From positions 1 through 61,056 of IMG/VR virus record IMGVR_UViG_3300012080_000001: 61,056 nucleotides of DNA. One strand, written 5' to 3'. Under the pieces are notes generated by a model, which made no database searches, was not told the DNA's origin, and saw only the letters and a program-made list of their open reading frames with translations. Position 1 is the first letter of the stretch; every line of letters begins with the position of its first letter. Origin of the DNA: a virus. The position numbers and the translations under genes were made by a program. Of this stretch, positions 27,216-37,423 are shown in pieces.

Positions 27216-27647
27216 TTAAATAGTGATGTATTCGTAGCCTTCGCAAACGAATTGTAATTCTTCCTCGACTAATGAGCCGTGCTCGAAGTTGATTACGGGA
27301 ATATTCGTAAATTGAACGCCTTTAATACGGATTTTCTCCGCACCTACTGGCGCATTTTCAGGGTCTTCTAAAGCTACGATAAGATCTGTTACAAATGCGC
27401 CCTTAGTGTCGTCCGTAATCTGTCCGATTTTCTTTGCAAACTCATTGCTCATTTTGTACGACTTAATTGTTCCAGTAAATTCGTAGTCCATCGCCTTTTT
27501 ACCTTTAGCGCGTGTTCCCGAACGTTTAACATCTTCGTAGGTGATTTCTCCGTTAACTTCAACCCCGTATACGTTCATAAGCCACTGTCCGTCGTGGATT
27601 AACTTACCGAATGTTCCGCTGACAGCACCCGTTGATTTCATAACCAT
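27216..27647 (-). CDS. Tail tube protein (XkdM-like)
   Basis: 143 aa immediately after the sheath gene. Confidence 0.7.
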   Translation of the reverse strand: MVMKSTGAVSGTFGKLIHDGQWLMNVYGVEVNGEITYEDVKRSGTRAKGKKAMDYEFTGTIKSYKMSNEFAKKIGQITDDTKGAFVTDLIVALEDPENAPVGAEKIRIKGVQFTNIPVINFEHGSLVEEELQFVCEGYEYITI

Positions 27648-27692
27648 ATGCTTATTACCTCCTGCGTTATATTTGTGTTAAAAAGACGACTA

Positions 27693-28772
27693 CTAAACAG
27701 TAATCGTCAAGAAAATTCGTTCCATAGAGTCAACTGGCGTGTAAGCTACCGCTAAGAATACTTTATCTCCCTCGGATTTATAGCGAGTATCTAGTGCTAC
27801 TTGAGGATTCATTAGCACGTTCTCAGTTTCGAGTTGCTCCAGATATGCTTTGATTGAGGCAATTAATGACGCTTGACCGTTCGGATTATTATCGACCTTA
27901 CCGATGTAAGCGTCTCGCGCTGTCGCTGGAATATCAGAAGCGATCGCTTGTTTAGCACGCGTTGTTCGGATTTTTCCGCGTTCTACTGCGCTAGAATCTG
28001 TTGTTACTCCTTGTTCGATGCGAACCTTTTTGCCGTCCTTTACAATTACAAGTGATCCGGAGATTAATGCAGTCTCAATCTGCGAGTTCTTTAGACGCAA
28101 AGTAACGTCTGACACTGGCAGCTCTGTGTAAGTAATCGATTTATTAACAGGTGTTCCAGCGATTAATCCTGCGATATACGGTGCATAATCCGCGGATTGT
28201 ACTTCTGTACCGTCGGGTAGAACTACGCCAGTAACTAAATTTGCGATATATTCATCTTTTAAAACGATACTTCTAGCGTTACCAACTGTAATGTCCAAGT
28301 CGTCCTCTGCGCTTCCACCAGCTACGTACATAAAGTGTTTACCTTCGTTTCGACAATCGGCTACCCATGCTTTAGTTGACGTTTGTTCTGTAGCGCTAAT
28401 AACTGTTGGATAAACGAAAACATTGAAGTCCTGTACCGAGTAAGCTTCACGTAATGAATCATATTGCGCCGACTCTACTTCTGGCATAATCAATTCTGGA
28501 ACCGCATAGACCAATACCTCCTTCGCTCCACCCTCTAATACACGCTTAATGGACACAGCGTTAACACTTCCGACTAAATCATTAGCGTCCGCAACATCTT
28601 CAACTGTGTAAAATTTCCCACTTACTGCAGTACCGACATATTTGAATATCGGCAATGCTACGATGCCTCTTGGACCTCCGCCAATGCCAGCAAGCGCTGC
28701 ACGAATGAAGCGCATGTACAACCCTGGACGTACTGGTAAGGATGTTGGATCAAAAATCCCTCCGTTTGCCAT
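27693..28772 (-). CDS. Contractile tail sheath protein (XkdK-like)
   Basis: 359 aa; N-terminus GIFDPTSLPVRPGLYMRF typical of sheath proteins. Confidence 0.8.
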   Translation of the reverse strand: MANGGIFDPTSLPVRPGLYMRFIRAALAGIGGGPRGIVALPIFKYVGTAVSGKFYTVEDVADANDLVGSVNAVSIKRVLEGGAKEVLVYAVPELIMPEVESAQYDSLREAYSVQDFNVFVYPTVISATEQTSTKAWVADCRNEGKHFMYVAGGSAEDDLDITVGNARSIVLKDEYIANLVTGVVLPDGTEVQSADYAPYIAGLIAGTPVNKSITYTELPVSDVTLRLKNSQIETALISGSLVIVKDGKKVRIEQGVTTDSSAVERGKIRTTRAKQAIASDIPATARDAYIGKVDNNPNGQASLIASIKAYLEQLETENVLMNPQVALDTRYKSEGDKVFLAVAYTPVDSMERIFLTITV

Positions 28773-28774
28773 AA

Positions 28775-29236
28775 TTAAATTCCTCCTTCGTTAATAGTTG
28801 CATGAATTTCTTGCATTTTTTCGTAATGTGGTTGTGTATAGGCTTCTAGTAACGAAACGTTAAGCACGCCAACAACCGCATATACTCCGTTTGTGTCCGT
28901 CTTAAAAGGTGCGGACATAGAAAAAGACTCAAACGTCATAAAATCGTTAGAGTCTCTAATTTGTACTTTTTTCGATAAGTAATCGCTTATTTTCGAGCGA
29001 ATCACCTTCGTTTTAGTTAAACAATCGACCTCGTTATTGCCGAAGTAGATGACTTGATACGGTCGATTAATTTCGTAAGCTGCTTGTGTAAATTCTTCAT
29101 CGCTATCACCTTGCCATCGAATCCCAATCGTATTAGCTACGTACTTTAGTGGTAGGTCCTGCTTATAAAAGCGAGTAACACCTACGGTCTCCAGTAAATC
29201 GCTAATTGTATTAATTTCTCCGATTATGTCCGTCAT
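28775..29236 (-). CDS. Tail completion/terminator-like protein
   Basis: 153 aa; call rests on position. Confidence 0.45.
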   Translation of the reverse strand: MTDIIGEINTISDLLETVGVTRFYKQDLPLKYVANTIGIRWQGDSDEEFTQAAYEINRPYQVIYFGNNEVDCLTKTKVIRSKISDYLSKKVQIRDSNDFMTFESFSMSAPFKTDTNGVYAVVGVLNVSLLEAYTQPHYEKMQEIHATINEGGI

Positions 29237-29239
29237 AGA

Positions 29240-29644
29240 CTACCAACCATCCCTTCTAAGCTCCAATTCAATTTCTCTCTCAATCCATCCCGCCCACTTC
29301 TCTTTACTATTTTGCGCTGGCTTATCAAGGAATTTCTTTTCTCCGCTAATGTTCGCACCGCCCGCGTTTTCTTCGTGAATGTAGTAAGCATAGTTAAATC
29401 GCCTTGATCCACGTGTAGCATTTGCGGTAATCTCGACGCCTGATTCAGTACCTTCCGTAAAAACTTCCGCAGCTATTTGTTGGCGTAAATTGCTCGTATC
29501 AATTGGCGCTGCATCTACCGATTCGGCTTTCCATTCGTTCTTAATGTCGGTGAGTCCATTTAACATTCCACGAGCAGTAGCGTCGATTGAACGTTCTATC
29601 GCTCGGGCCATTACGTCAGATTCAAAATAAAATTCGCCTGCCAT
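29240..29644 (-). CDS. HK97 gp10-like head-tail joining protein
   Basis: 134 aa; position and N-terminal character. Confidence 0.5.
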   Translation of the reverse strand: MAGEFYFESDVMARAIERSIDATARGMLNGLTDIKNEWKAESVDAAPIDTSNLRQQIAAEVFTEGTESGVEITANATRGSRRFNYAYYIHEENAGGANISGEKKFLDKPAQNSKEKWAGWIEREIELELRRDGW

Positions 29645-29653
29645 TTCGTCACC

Positions 29654-29977
29654 TCACAGAAAAACGGATGTCAACGTGGCTTTGCCGTTAATCATCCGTG
29701 TGTATTTAATCGATCTAGGCTTGCGCTCGATTGTGCTCCCATGTTCGTTTGTATATGAGAACATATCGTCATATCCAACGTCGGGCATTTTATCGAACAT
29801 TAATTTAAGCGATGCTGTAACTTCTTCGCCAAGCTGATTCGTGACAATATCGAAGCGTTCCGTAGCTCTAACCGCATATTCAACCGGCGTTGCGTAATCA
29901 TCAGTCGCCCAACCATCGTTAATGTCTGCGATGTATTTACGCACAAACGCCTTTTGTTTTAATGGAATAATAGCCAT
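29654..29977 (-). CDS. Head-tail adaptor/closure protein
   Basis: Start at ATG 29977 (GGGTGA SD, GTAATG overlap). Confidence 0.45.
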   Translation of the reverse strand: MAIIPLKQKAFVRKYIADINDGWATDDYATPVEYAVRATERFDIVTNQLGEEVTASLKLMFDKMPDVGYDDMFSYTNEHGSTIERKPRSIKYTRMINGKATLTSVFL

Positions 29978-30462
29978 TACAACGTCACCCACTTTATACG
30001 ACCATTATTGCTGTCGATGCTAGGATTTGCTTCTGTGATTAAATCGCGAATGTCGTCCGTAATTAAGTCGTCGAGTTCCTTTTTCGCCCAATCCTTAAAC
30101 GTAAATGAAATGCCATCTACGCTAAAACCGGCAACTCCGCGCTGTGCCATTACCGTCGTATCATTGAAATTGGCGTTAAGGACGCAGGCAAATAGGTAAG
30201 ACGCTTCGATTGGTATTAGGTAGCCTTTATAAGCACGTTGTAATGTTCGTTTAGATACGTTTAAGAATCGTACTTGTATCGTATTATCCGACGATAAAAA
30301 GTCTTCATTATCAACCGCATGGTATGCGACATATTCAGTAGCTTCCGTTAGATCCCATTCACCAATGATTACCGGCTCGTCACTAGGTTGTTCTTCCGGA
30401 TTGCTTGGCGTTGTTGGTTCTGTTGGTAGCTCCGTATTAGCCCATTCATCATATTGCGTCAT
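29977..30462 (-). CDS. Head-tail connector protein
   Basis: 161 aa; call rests on position. Confidence 0.45.
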   Translation of the reverse strand: MTQYDEWANTELPTEPTTPSNPEEQPSDEPVIIGEWDLTEATEYVAYHAVDNEDFLSSDNTIQVRFLNVSKRTLQRAYKGYLIPIEASYLFACVLNANFNDTTVMAQRGVAGFSVDGISFTFKDWAKKELDDLITDDIRDLITEANPSIDSNNGRIKWVTL

Positions 30463-30479
30463 ATACGTTCACCTCCGTA

Positions 30480-30713
30480 TTATTTAGTGGAGGCTGTACG
30501 TTTAGCTGGCGCTTTTGGCGTAGTCTTTGCCTCCGATATATCAGGTTTAGTTACTGTAGTTTTTGGCTCATTCACTTGAATAGCGTCTGTAATTGAGTCT
30601 AGTACCGTCATAGTATCCTTATCATCAGTTACATAGAGTCCGTTATTAAATCGCTTTAAGTCACCATTGACGTAAAAACCTAGTGCCTTATAGCGTGATT
30701 TATACTTAGCCAT
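30480..30713 (-). CDS. Small head-associated hypothetical protein
   Basis: 77 aa following the capsid gene. Confidence 0.4.
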   Translation of the reverse strand: MAKYKSRYKALGFYVNGDLKRFNNGLYVTDDKDTMTVLDSITDAIQVNEPKTTVTKPDISEAKTTPKAPAKRTASTK

Positions 30714-30738
30714 ACTTAAACTCCTTTCGTATTAATTG

Positions 30739-30766
30739 AAAAAGGCGGTTATAAACCGCCTAAAAA
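30739..30766 (-). terminator. Terminator/attenuator after the major capsid gene
   Basis: ggcggtt ata aaccgcc with a T5 run on the minus strand. Confidence 0.6.
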
Positions 30767-30770
30767 GCAA

Positions 30771-31856
30771 TTATTTTAATCCTTTGATACGTGCGTGTGC
30801 CTTTTCTTGTTTGAATTCAAGTAAGAATTCACCTACGATTTGACCTTCCACATAGTCCCCTTTATGCCCTAAGAATGTATGAGAGAAGTCACGACCTTTA
30901 AGTGGTTTGATTTCAGTACGGTTAGCGTCGATAATAAACACTTCATCTGGTGCTACGTTGTTGTTTAGTAAGATTTCCGCAGAACCGAAGTCTGATAAGT
31001 AATGATCAACTACTTGACCACGACCATTATCTTGACGTGTGATTGAGATTTTATCTTTGTCTGCTGCTGATAATGCACGCTTTTGTTTTGCACCTACAAT
31101 AATTTTGTAATTACCGCCTGTTGCGAAACCTCCAGCCTCATAAATTGCTTGGAAGGCGTCTCCTAAAGCATCAAGGGTTAATGCTGCACCCGTTTTGTCG
31201 AATACATTAGTTTGAATAAAGTTACGAATACCGCCCGTTTGACGAACTTTTCCGTCTGCTGATTCGTATTTCACTCCGTTAATTACTGCCTTTTCTAGCT
31301 GTAATGCAAGCTCTAAAAGTTTCTTTTGCTTCTCATACTCGTATAGATCGTCAATTCCGTATTCAGAAGTTGCTGCTGCTGTTCCTGAAATAGATACTGT
31401 TTCATCGAAAATTTGTGTTAAATTCGATACTCGTTTACGTGCTTTAAAGCGTGCTTTACGTGCATCTGCACCTTCGACGCCTTCAACGAATTGGAATTCA
31501 ACTTTAGCGCCTTCTGTTACAACGCCTGCTGTTGTTCTAGCGTATCCACGAGTAACTGTAAGCTCGTTAGCGATAACTGCGGTAACTAATAGTAATTCTT
31601 CACCAATCTTCACTACATGTTTAGGTTCAAAGATTGAACCATCTGCAACTGTAATTTTAGTAGCTTCGGCTGTAGTTGCTGTTGCTGTCGTTTCATCTGC
31701 ATACATTTCATCTTCAAACCATTGATGTTCAACTTGCGATACTGCGTCTCCAAAGCCTACTAAGCTAATCATTGGTGTTTGATGTGGATTTAAAAGTAAT
31801 AGTTCATCTGTTACCGATTCTTTCTTGCCTACGATTTGATTTTGTAAAATTGTCAT
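30771..31856 (-). CDS. Major capsid protein (XkdG-like)
   Basis: 361 aa after the scaffold gene, strong SD, followed by a terminator. Confidence 0.75.
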   Translation of the reverse strand: MTILQNQIVGKKESVTDELLLLNPHQTPMISLVGFGDAVSQVEHQWFEDEMYADETTATATTAEATKITVADGSIFEPKHVVKIGEELLLVTAVIANELTVTRGYARTTAGVVTEGAKVEFQFVEGVEGADARKARFKARKRVSNLTQIFDETVSISGTAAATSEYGIDDLYEYEKQKKLLELALQLEKAVINGVKYESADGKVRQTGGIRNFIQTNVFDKTGAALTLDALGDAFQAIYEAGGFATGGNYKIIVGAKQKRALSAADKDKISITRQDNGRGQVVDHYLSDFGSAEILLNNNVAPDEVFIIDANRTEIKPLKGRDFSHTFLGHKGDYVEGQIVGEFLLEFKQEKAHARIKGLK

Positions 31857-31939
31857 GTAATATGTCTCCTTTAGTGTTTTTGATTTAATGTGCGGATTTC
31901 CGCAATATAAAAAGCCGTCAGCAATTTTTTGCCAAACGA

Positions 31940-32671
31940 CTATTTACCAAGTTGTTTTTTCAATTGTGCATACGCAGCTTTGTCTTTTAATGAGCCCGTT
32001 TGACGTGCTTTCTCTGCTGCTTCTGAAAGTAATTGGTCGGCTGTCTTTTCTACCGACTGTTGACCACCGTTTGTAGCTGTTCCAATTGGTTGCGTTTGTT
32101 TTTTCGCTACCAAGAACGGTTTATTTTCAACAAGCGACTTGATGACATCATCCATTCCGATCACTTTTCCGTCATCGTCGATACTTACCTTAGATAAGTC
32201 TGCAAGGGCGATAGCGTCATCAATATATACGATGTTGGCGCTTGAAGCTACCTTGGTGAATTCGTTACGGATACGTTCTTGTTTAGACTGCTCACGTAAG
32301 GCTTCGAGTTGAGCCGTTAATGCGTTCTTTTCTTCTTCGAATTGTTTCGCAAGTTCCTGCGATCGTTCCGTTTCGGTTAATTCAGCTTTGCGTCGTTCTT
32401 CTTCCTCAAATTCGTATACAGCTAACTTCGTTTTCATATCATCGAAGCCATCGAATTTCTTGCGTTCACGTTCTAGACGTTTTTTTAACGCTTCTTCAAA
32501 TTCTGCTTGCGTTAGTGTCTTTTCTTGCGGTATATCTGCGCTCTCAGACGATTTGACTTTCGTTTCTGCGGATGATTGTCCGTCTGGATTCGTCTCTGGC
32601 GTTTCTGTCTCGCCTTCTGCAGCAAAGAATTGTAAGGTTAGCGGTAAAAATGCGTTAAAATATTTAATCAT
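31940..32671 (-). CDS. Scaffolding protein
   Basis: Start at ATG 32671 (GGAGGT SD); acidic, coiled-coil-rich. Confidence 0.6.
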   Translation of the reverse strand: MIKYFNAFLPLTLQFFAAEGETETPETNPDGQSSAETKVKSSESADIPQEKTLTQAEFEEALKKRLERERKKFDGFDDMKTKLAVYEFEEEERRKAELTETERSQELAKQFEEEKNALTAQLEALREQSKQERIRNEFTKVASSANIVYIDDAIALADLSKVSIDDDGKVIGMDDVIKSLVENKPFLVAKKQTQPIGTATNGGQQSVEKTADQLLSEAAEKARQTGSLKDKAAYAQLKKQLGK

Positions 32672-32781
32672 CGTATTACCTCCGTTTGAGTGCCGTCGCA
32701 CATAGTTTCCGTTGCAGTTTAACGACATGTACGTTTGGTCATCGTTTACTTATCCCACTTCTTCCGCATGTCATCAACTCC

Positions 32782-33609
32782 CTATAAGTTGTTGTATTTA
32801 CTTGGGTCGCGTAATGGAGTTATAAGGTGTTTACAGCCAACATGATTAAATTCAGTTTTAGGTATGCTGTATAAATACGGATAGTCACCTGGCGCATCAG
32901 CCACTAATTTGACTATTTTCCCTTCCCATAGACGACACTTATCCTTAGCTCCGTGTCTGCTTATTCGACCGTACAATGAACCTTCCGAAAGTGCTTCGTT
33001 AATAGATGCTTCCTGGTGCGCCTGTTTCATTTTTTCGCGTGCTAACATATCGGTGTACGTACTTAACTTCCACCTACGTCCGCGACTGTCGATAATCGCA
33101 ACGTCTGTCGCTTGAACGATACGCTGTCGGATTTCTTTTGCAATGTCTTGAGTCGCGTTATTTCCGCGTGTAAGTGTATGCCGCATAGCTTCTGCGGTTG
33201 CTCGTCTGATGGCTAACTTCGCTTGTCGTTCAATATTCTGTGTTACTGCAAGCAAATCCGTCTGAGTATCAGCTATTGCTGCGGCTACAAGGCGTTTGTT
33301 TACTTTGTTGTATCGGGCAATCTTTAAGGCTTCTTCGTATGTTGGCGCAAGCCCTAGTGAATAAATCGTCGATGCGATACCTTCGGTTGCTGATTTAGAT
33401 ATGGCGACGGAAGACCATTCATCACTGAATTTTGATATGTCGGATAATATGTTACGTATGTTTCTTTCTGTCACAAGCAGTTGTGCCCGTTGAAAGTCTG
33501 TTAGAAATAAACTGTTAAGCTCTTGCTGTACGTCTTTTAGTGCTTTCTCGTACGCTTTGACGACTTTCTTTACATCGTAATCGTAGTTTGGTTGCGGTGC
33601 TTCTCGCAT
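32782..33609 (-). CDS. Head morphogenesis / minor capsid protein (SPP1 gp7-like)
   Basis: 275 aa directly after portal. Confidence 0.6.
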   Translation of the reverse strand: MREAPQPNYDYDVKKVVKAYEKALKDVQQELNSLFLTDFQRAQLLVTERNIRNILSDISKFSDEWSSVAISKSATEGIASTIYSLGLAPTYEEALKIARYNKVNKRLVAAAIADTQTDLLAVTQNIERQAKLAIRRATAEAMRHTLTRGNNATQDIAKEIRQRIVQATDVAIIDSRGRRWKLSTYTDMLAREKMKQAHQEASINEALSEGSLYGRISRHGAKDKCRLWEGKIVKLVADAPGDYPYLYSIPKTEFNHVGCKHLITPLRDPSKYNNL

Positions 33610-35207
33610 TAATCGTCTGCTCCTTCGTCTACTGCTGTATCAAGTTTATTAAAGATGGAAGCATCGACTGTCCCTACTTCGCGCTCTGTGTCGCCTTCTA
33701 TTCGGTCTATAATCTGTGCAGCTTGTATGTCATCAAGCGAATCCAACCGTTTAATAGCAGTAGCAACATCTATAGTCGGCTTGTTTCCTGTACGAATCGC
33801 CATGATTTCGGCTTGCTCTTTTTCTGAATGCGGCAATCCATCTCTCCATTGAATAGTAGGATAAACGGCTTCAAAGTTAGCTTCTCCATGTGCAATATCG
33901 AGTAACTGACAATTGTATAGAGCATCTCGCAAGGCGCGATCATAGTGCGTTCTAATACGTGCCACCTTCGTTAGAATCGGCATGAAGCGAGCTTTAATCG
34001 CAGCTCCGTCTGTATGCGAAGTACCCGTTCCACCTGCGTTTTGGTCGCCTAAAACTGTACCGAAAAGCCATTGCGGAGTTTCTGCGATTTGGAAAGCCAT
34101 TCCGATTAATGTTTCGAGTTCTTTAAATGCGCTGTTTAATTGTCCGTCCCACGTCATATAGCCTGGTGTCGCATCTTCGGCAGTTAAAGGAATATAAGCG
34201 CCTGTCAGACGTGCTGTCCCTGTTGTTCCTAATTCTGGACCATATGCTGTGGGGTCGCTGTGTTTCCAAAGGATGTAGTCTAGTTGAACAAGTCGGTCAT
34301 TAATTGCTACTAAAATCGATTCTAGAGCTTCTAACGTACCTTTTCCTTCCCATTGATCGTCCGTTGATTTATATGGAATGTGGTGTACTAATAAGTGCGG
34401 AACTCCCGTTTCTGTTGTCGTTGTTTCTCCGACTTTCTCGACGATTTTAAATAGCTGTACAGGATAACCGTAACTATTATCAACTCCGCCTTCATATGAC
34501 TGTAGCTTATATCGCTCATTTATGATGTATCCCGGTAAATGACGCTCTACATTTAAAAAAGGAATATCCTCTTTTGCAGTAACAACCCACTCAACAGCCG
34601 CAATTACAACAGACTTGAAACTCTTAACGTTCCCTGCGCTTGTTTGCGGGAAAACGCAATCAGCGGCTACATGTTCGATAATTGGCTCCATCTCTGCGTC
34701 AACAGGCTTTTCAATACCTAATTCAGTCAAAGCACTGTAGTCTTGACGGTAATCGTAGCGTACTTTAATCCAAGAATCACCGCGATAACCATTAGCAAGC
34801 GCAGATTCGTGAATGAGTTTTACTAAGTCGTTTTCCTCTACATACGAGTTGATTGCAACTTGTTGCGGTGTGTCATCTGCTAGGCCACTATCAAAAATCG
34901 GTGGTTCTCCGACTAGTAAATCGGGAACTTTCGTAATAATCGGATCAGCAATATTCACGGCAATGTATAGCTTTTCTAACTGCGGTGCATGTGGTGTATC
35001 ACGTAACAAAGCTGTAGCACGTTCGTAAATTTCCGCCTGTTTTCCGTCATATAACTTTTTCATTCTACGGTATTTAGCGATACGCTCAATTGCGTTAGTA
35101 GGTGGAAATTGTTCGCCTTGCTTGAACGTATCAACGTTGTTTGTGACGCTTCCAGTTTCGTTCATATATGCGTTGCTTTTACGTCCAAATTTGTTCCATG
35201 TTGTCAC
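33609..35207 (-). CDS. Portal protein
   Basis: 532 aa; size, position and acidic C-terminus. Confidence 0.8.
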   Translation of the reverse strand: MTTWNKFGRKSNAYMNETGSVTNNVDTFKQGEQFPPTNAIERIAKYRRMKKLYDGKQAEIYERATALLRDTPHAPQLEKLYIAVNIADPIITKVPDLLVGEPPIFDSGLADDTPQQVAINSYVEENDLVKLIHESALANGYRGDSWIKVRYDYRQDYSALTELGIEKPVDAEMEPIIEHVAADCVFPQTSAGNVKSFKSVVIAAVEWVVTAKEDIPFLNVERHLPGYIINERYKLQSYEGGVDNSYGYPVQLFKIVEKVGETTTTETGVPHLLVHHIPYKSTDDQWEGKGTLEALESILVAINDRLVQLDYILWKHSDPTAYGPELGTTGTARLTGAYIPLTAEDATPGYMTWDGQLNSAFKELETLIGMAFQIAETPQWLFGTVLGDQNAGGTGTSHTDGAAIKARFMPILTKVARIRTHYDRALRDALYNCQLLDIAHGEANFEAVYPTIQWRDGLPHSEKEQAEIMAIRTGNKPTIDVATAIKRLDSLDDIQAAQIIDRIEGDTEREVGTVDASIFNKLDTAVDEGADD

Positions 35208-35242
35208 TCTTTTGGGGCCTCCTTTGCGTTAGTTTTGCCAAT

Positions 35243-35271
35243 ATAAAAAGCATCGTCAATTAGACGATGCT
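35243..35271 (-). terminator. Rho-independent terminator after the HNH gene
   Basis: agcatcgtc taatt gacgatgct followed by TTTTTAT on the minus strand. Confidence 0.7.
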
Positions 35272-35276
35272 TGTTC

Positions 35277-37277
35277 TCATTTATTTATTCCATAATTTTG
35301 GGCCAACCGCCATACGGCGCCTCGTGAAGTATTATACTTCTTTCCAATATCTTGATATCCTAATCCTTTTATCACTATCAAATCATGTAGTGTCTCTTTT
35401 GAAATCACATCTTTTAGTGTAGGCTTTCTTATATCCAATTTCTTTTGTATTAATGTAGTTGAGCATTTGTATCTTTCTGCTAATTTTCTGAATGTCCACC
35501 CCTGAAGATAAAGTCTTTTAGCTTCTTCTAAGGGTATATCATCCCTAGTACTCCTGTGCTTAATGTGAATATCATTTTTACGCAAATATTTCGCTACTGT
35601 TATTGGTGATAAGTTTAACTTATCTGCCGTATCACGTAGACAATGATTTTCGCTATATAGCTTTAAAATACTAGTTTCGTCAATTTGTCTAAGTATACCG
35701 AGTTCTTTCATTCTTGCCCTCACTACACTCTCAGATACCTGTAATATAGCAGAAACTTCAAGTATTGTATGTCCATCACTCAATAATCTTTTTAAAACAA
35801 CATCGTCAACTTTTATTTTATTTCTTTGAAGATCGATGCTGATGTTATTTTCCTTTAGTAACTCTCTTACTGCCCACTCTGGTATTTTATAGTGCTGTGC
35901 CACTTCTTTAACTGTTTTATCGGAACTCCTATACATACTAATTAGCCCTTGTATGTCATCAAATAATGTGTACCCAATACCATCGTCTTTTACTTTATAC
36001 CTTCGAATATTAGTATTAACTCCATTATCTCTTAAAACTTTTGAAACTTTATTTAAAGAACAATCTAATTCTTTGGATATTTGATTCATCGACATTCCGC
36101 TCTTAAATAGCGGATAAACTAACTCGTACGTAATGTCTAGTCTCAGATGGTTTGTTGTGCGCTCTATCCCATATGACTTTAGCGATTTTTTAATTTCCCA
36201 CTTCGTCATCCCTAATTCTTCTCCTATTTTCCTAACAGATAAACCTTCATTATATTTGGTTAAAATAAGGGATGTATCTTTAGTTAGTAAGCTGAATGCA
36301 TCTGCATAATATTTAATATCAGGTGCTCTGCACGGATACTTTGCGCTATGGAACTCATATGCAATCGAACTAAAGTTTTTTGTCTCCAATTGTCTTTGTA
36401 ACCAATATTTATTTTGGAATGCAAACAGAAGCCCTTTATGGTTCATGTAAGCAATAGTTCTGTGATGATCAACGTTAGTAGTTTTACGCATTTCTTTTAA
36501 TGACATATTAAAATGGTTTTTATCGACGTACTCTCTCCATTCTTTCTCTAGAATTTCAAAATGAATCACTTCAAACTTCTCTTCGCTATGCTGATTGTGG
36601 TGACATAAATCACATAATGTGATTAAGTTATTTATATCTGTTAATCGACTATCTCTTTCGCAAATATCTACAAAAATTAAGCGTTCCTTTTCATCTAAAA
36701 GACTTAGCTTAGGGTTTTCAGAAAGTATGTCCTGTACAATATCGGAGAACCTTCGAAGGTGATGAGCATGTAAATTTCGAGGAGCTCCACACTCCCCACA
36801 CTTGTATCCATCTAAGGCTAAACGTTCTTTAGAGACCCACGCTAACCTATTTCTAATTAACCTAGAGACTGCTGTTACTCCGCCTTTCCATCTCGGATGT
36901 TCATCTAACCGCATACCCCATTTTTCCTTACGTTCTTCCGAGGTAAATGACTTATCTCCAGCATTCAACCTTATCTGTATGTTAAATTTCTTTAATCTTT
37001 TAAGGACTAAACGATTACTGCATCCAACTTTTGCTGCAATATCCCTAGAACTTAACTTTTGGATATTATATAAATCCTCTAATAGCTCTTTTGTTAAGTT
37101 TGGATACGTGTTGGGCTTTCTTCTTCCAACACCAACTTCATCTAGTCTACGTAATATTAATGTACTACTTACATTGAATAAGCCTGCTATCTGGTTACTA
37201 GACATCCCTTTTAAGTATAATTTGACAATATCTTCGTTTTTAATATGTGTATATCGGTTACGTGCTACTCTTGTCAT
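35277..37277 (-). CDS. Free-standing HNH endonuclease with about 11 tandem HTH (NUMOD1-like) modules
   Basis: HNH core CGECGAPRNLHAHH...LITLCDLCHHNQH. Repeated units of about 35 aa follow the pattern LY..G.S...IA..L.vS..tV.r.Lk..gI. Start at ATG 37277 (GAGGAGTG SD). AT-rich relative to flanks. Confidence 0.7.
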   Translation of the reverse strand: MTRVARNRYTHIKNEDIVKLYLKGMSSNQIAGLFNVSSTLILRRLDEVGVGRRKPNTYPNLTKELLEDLYNIQKLSSRDIAAKVGCSNRLVLKRLKKFNIQIRLNAGDKSFTSEERKEKWGMRLDEHPRWKGGVTAVSRLIRNRLAWVSKERLALDGYKCGECGAPRNLHAHHLRRFSDIVQDILSENPKLSLLDEKERLIFVDICERDSRLTDINNLITLCDLCHHNQHSEEKFEVIHFEILEKEWREYVDKNHFNMSLKEMRKTTNVDHHRTIAYMNHKGLLFAFQNKYWLQRQLETKNFSSIAYEFHSAKYPCRAPDIKYYADAFSLLTKDTSLILTKYNEGLSVRKIGEELGMTKWEIKKSLKSYGIERTTNHLRLDITYELVYPLFKSGMSMNQISKELDCSLNKVSKVLRDNGVNTNIRRYKVKDDGIGYTLFDDIQGLISMYRSSDKTVKEVAQHYKIPEWAVRELLKENNISIDLQRNKIKVDDVVLKRLLSDGHTILEVSAILQVSESVVRARMKELGILRQIDETSILKLYSENHCLRDTADKLNLSPITVAKYLRKNDIHIKHRSTRDDIPLEEAKRLYLQGWTFRKLAERYKCSTTLIQKKLDIRKPTLKDVISKETLHDLIVIKGLGYQDIGKKYNTSRGAVWRLAQNYGINK

Positions 37278-37423
37278 ACTAATCACTCCTCGTTGTGATT
37301 TCTCGGTATAAATAAGGTGGAAACACATCGAGATATGTGCTTGTTAATTCAGGGAGCTACCCTTCATCTATCCACCTATGATGGTTATCGGCATAAATTT
37401 GCGTTAGTTTAGCGTTAATTATA

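Noticed and set aside
29233-29421. 62-aa minus-strand ORF
   Set aside because: It lies entirely within the gp10-like gene in another frame.
36802-37311. 169-aa plus-strand ORF
   Set aside because: It is antisense to the HNH/HTH-array gene, and its Leu/Ser/Phe-rich composition is typical of the shadow of an AT-rich gene.
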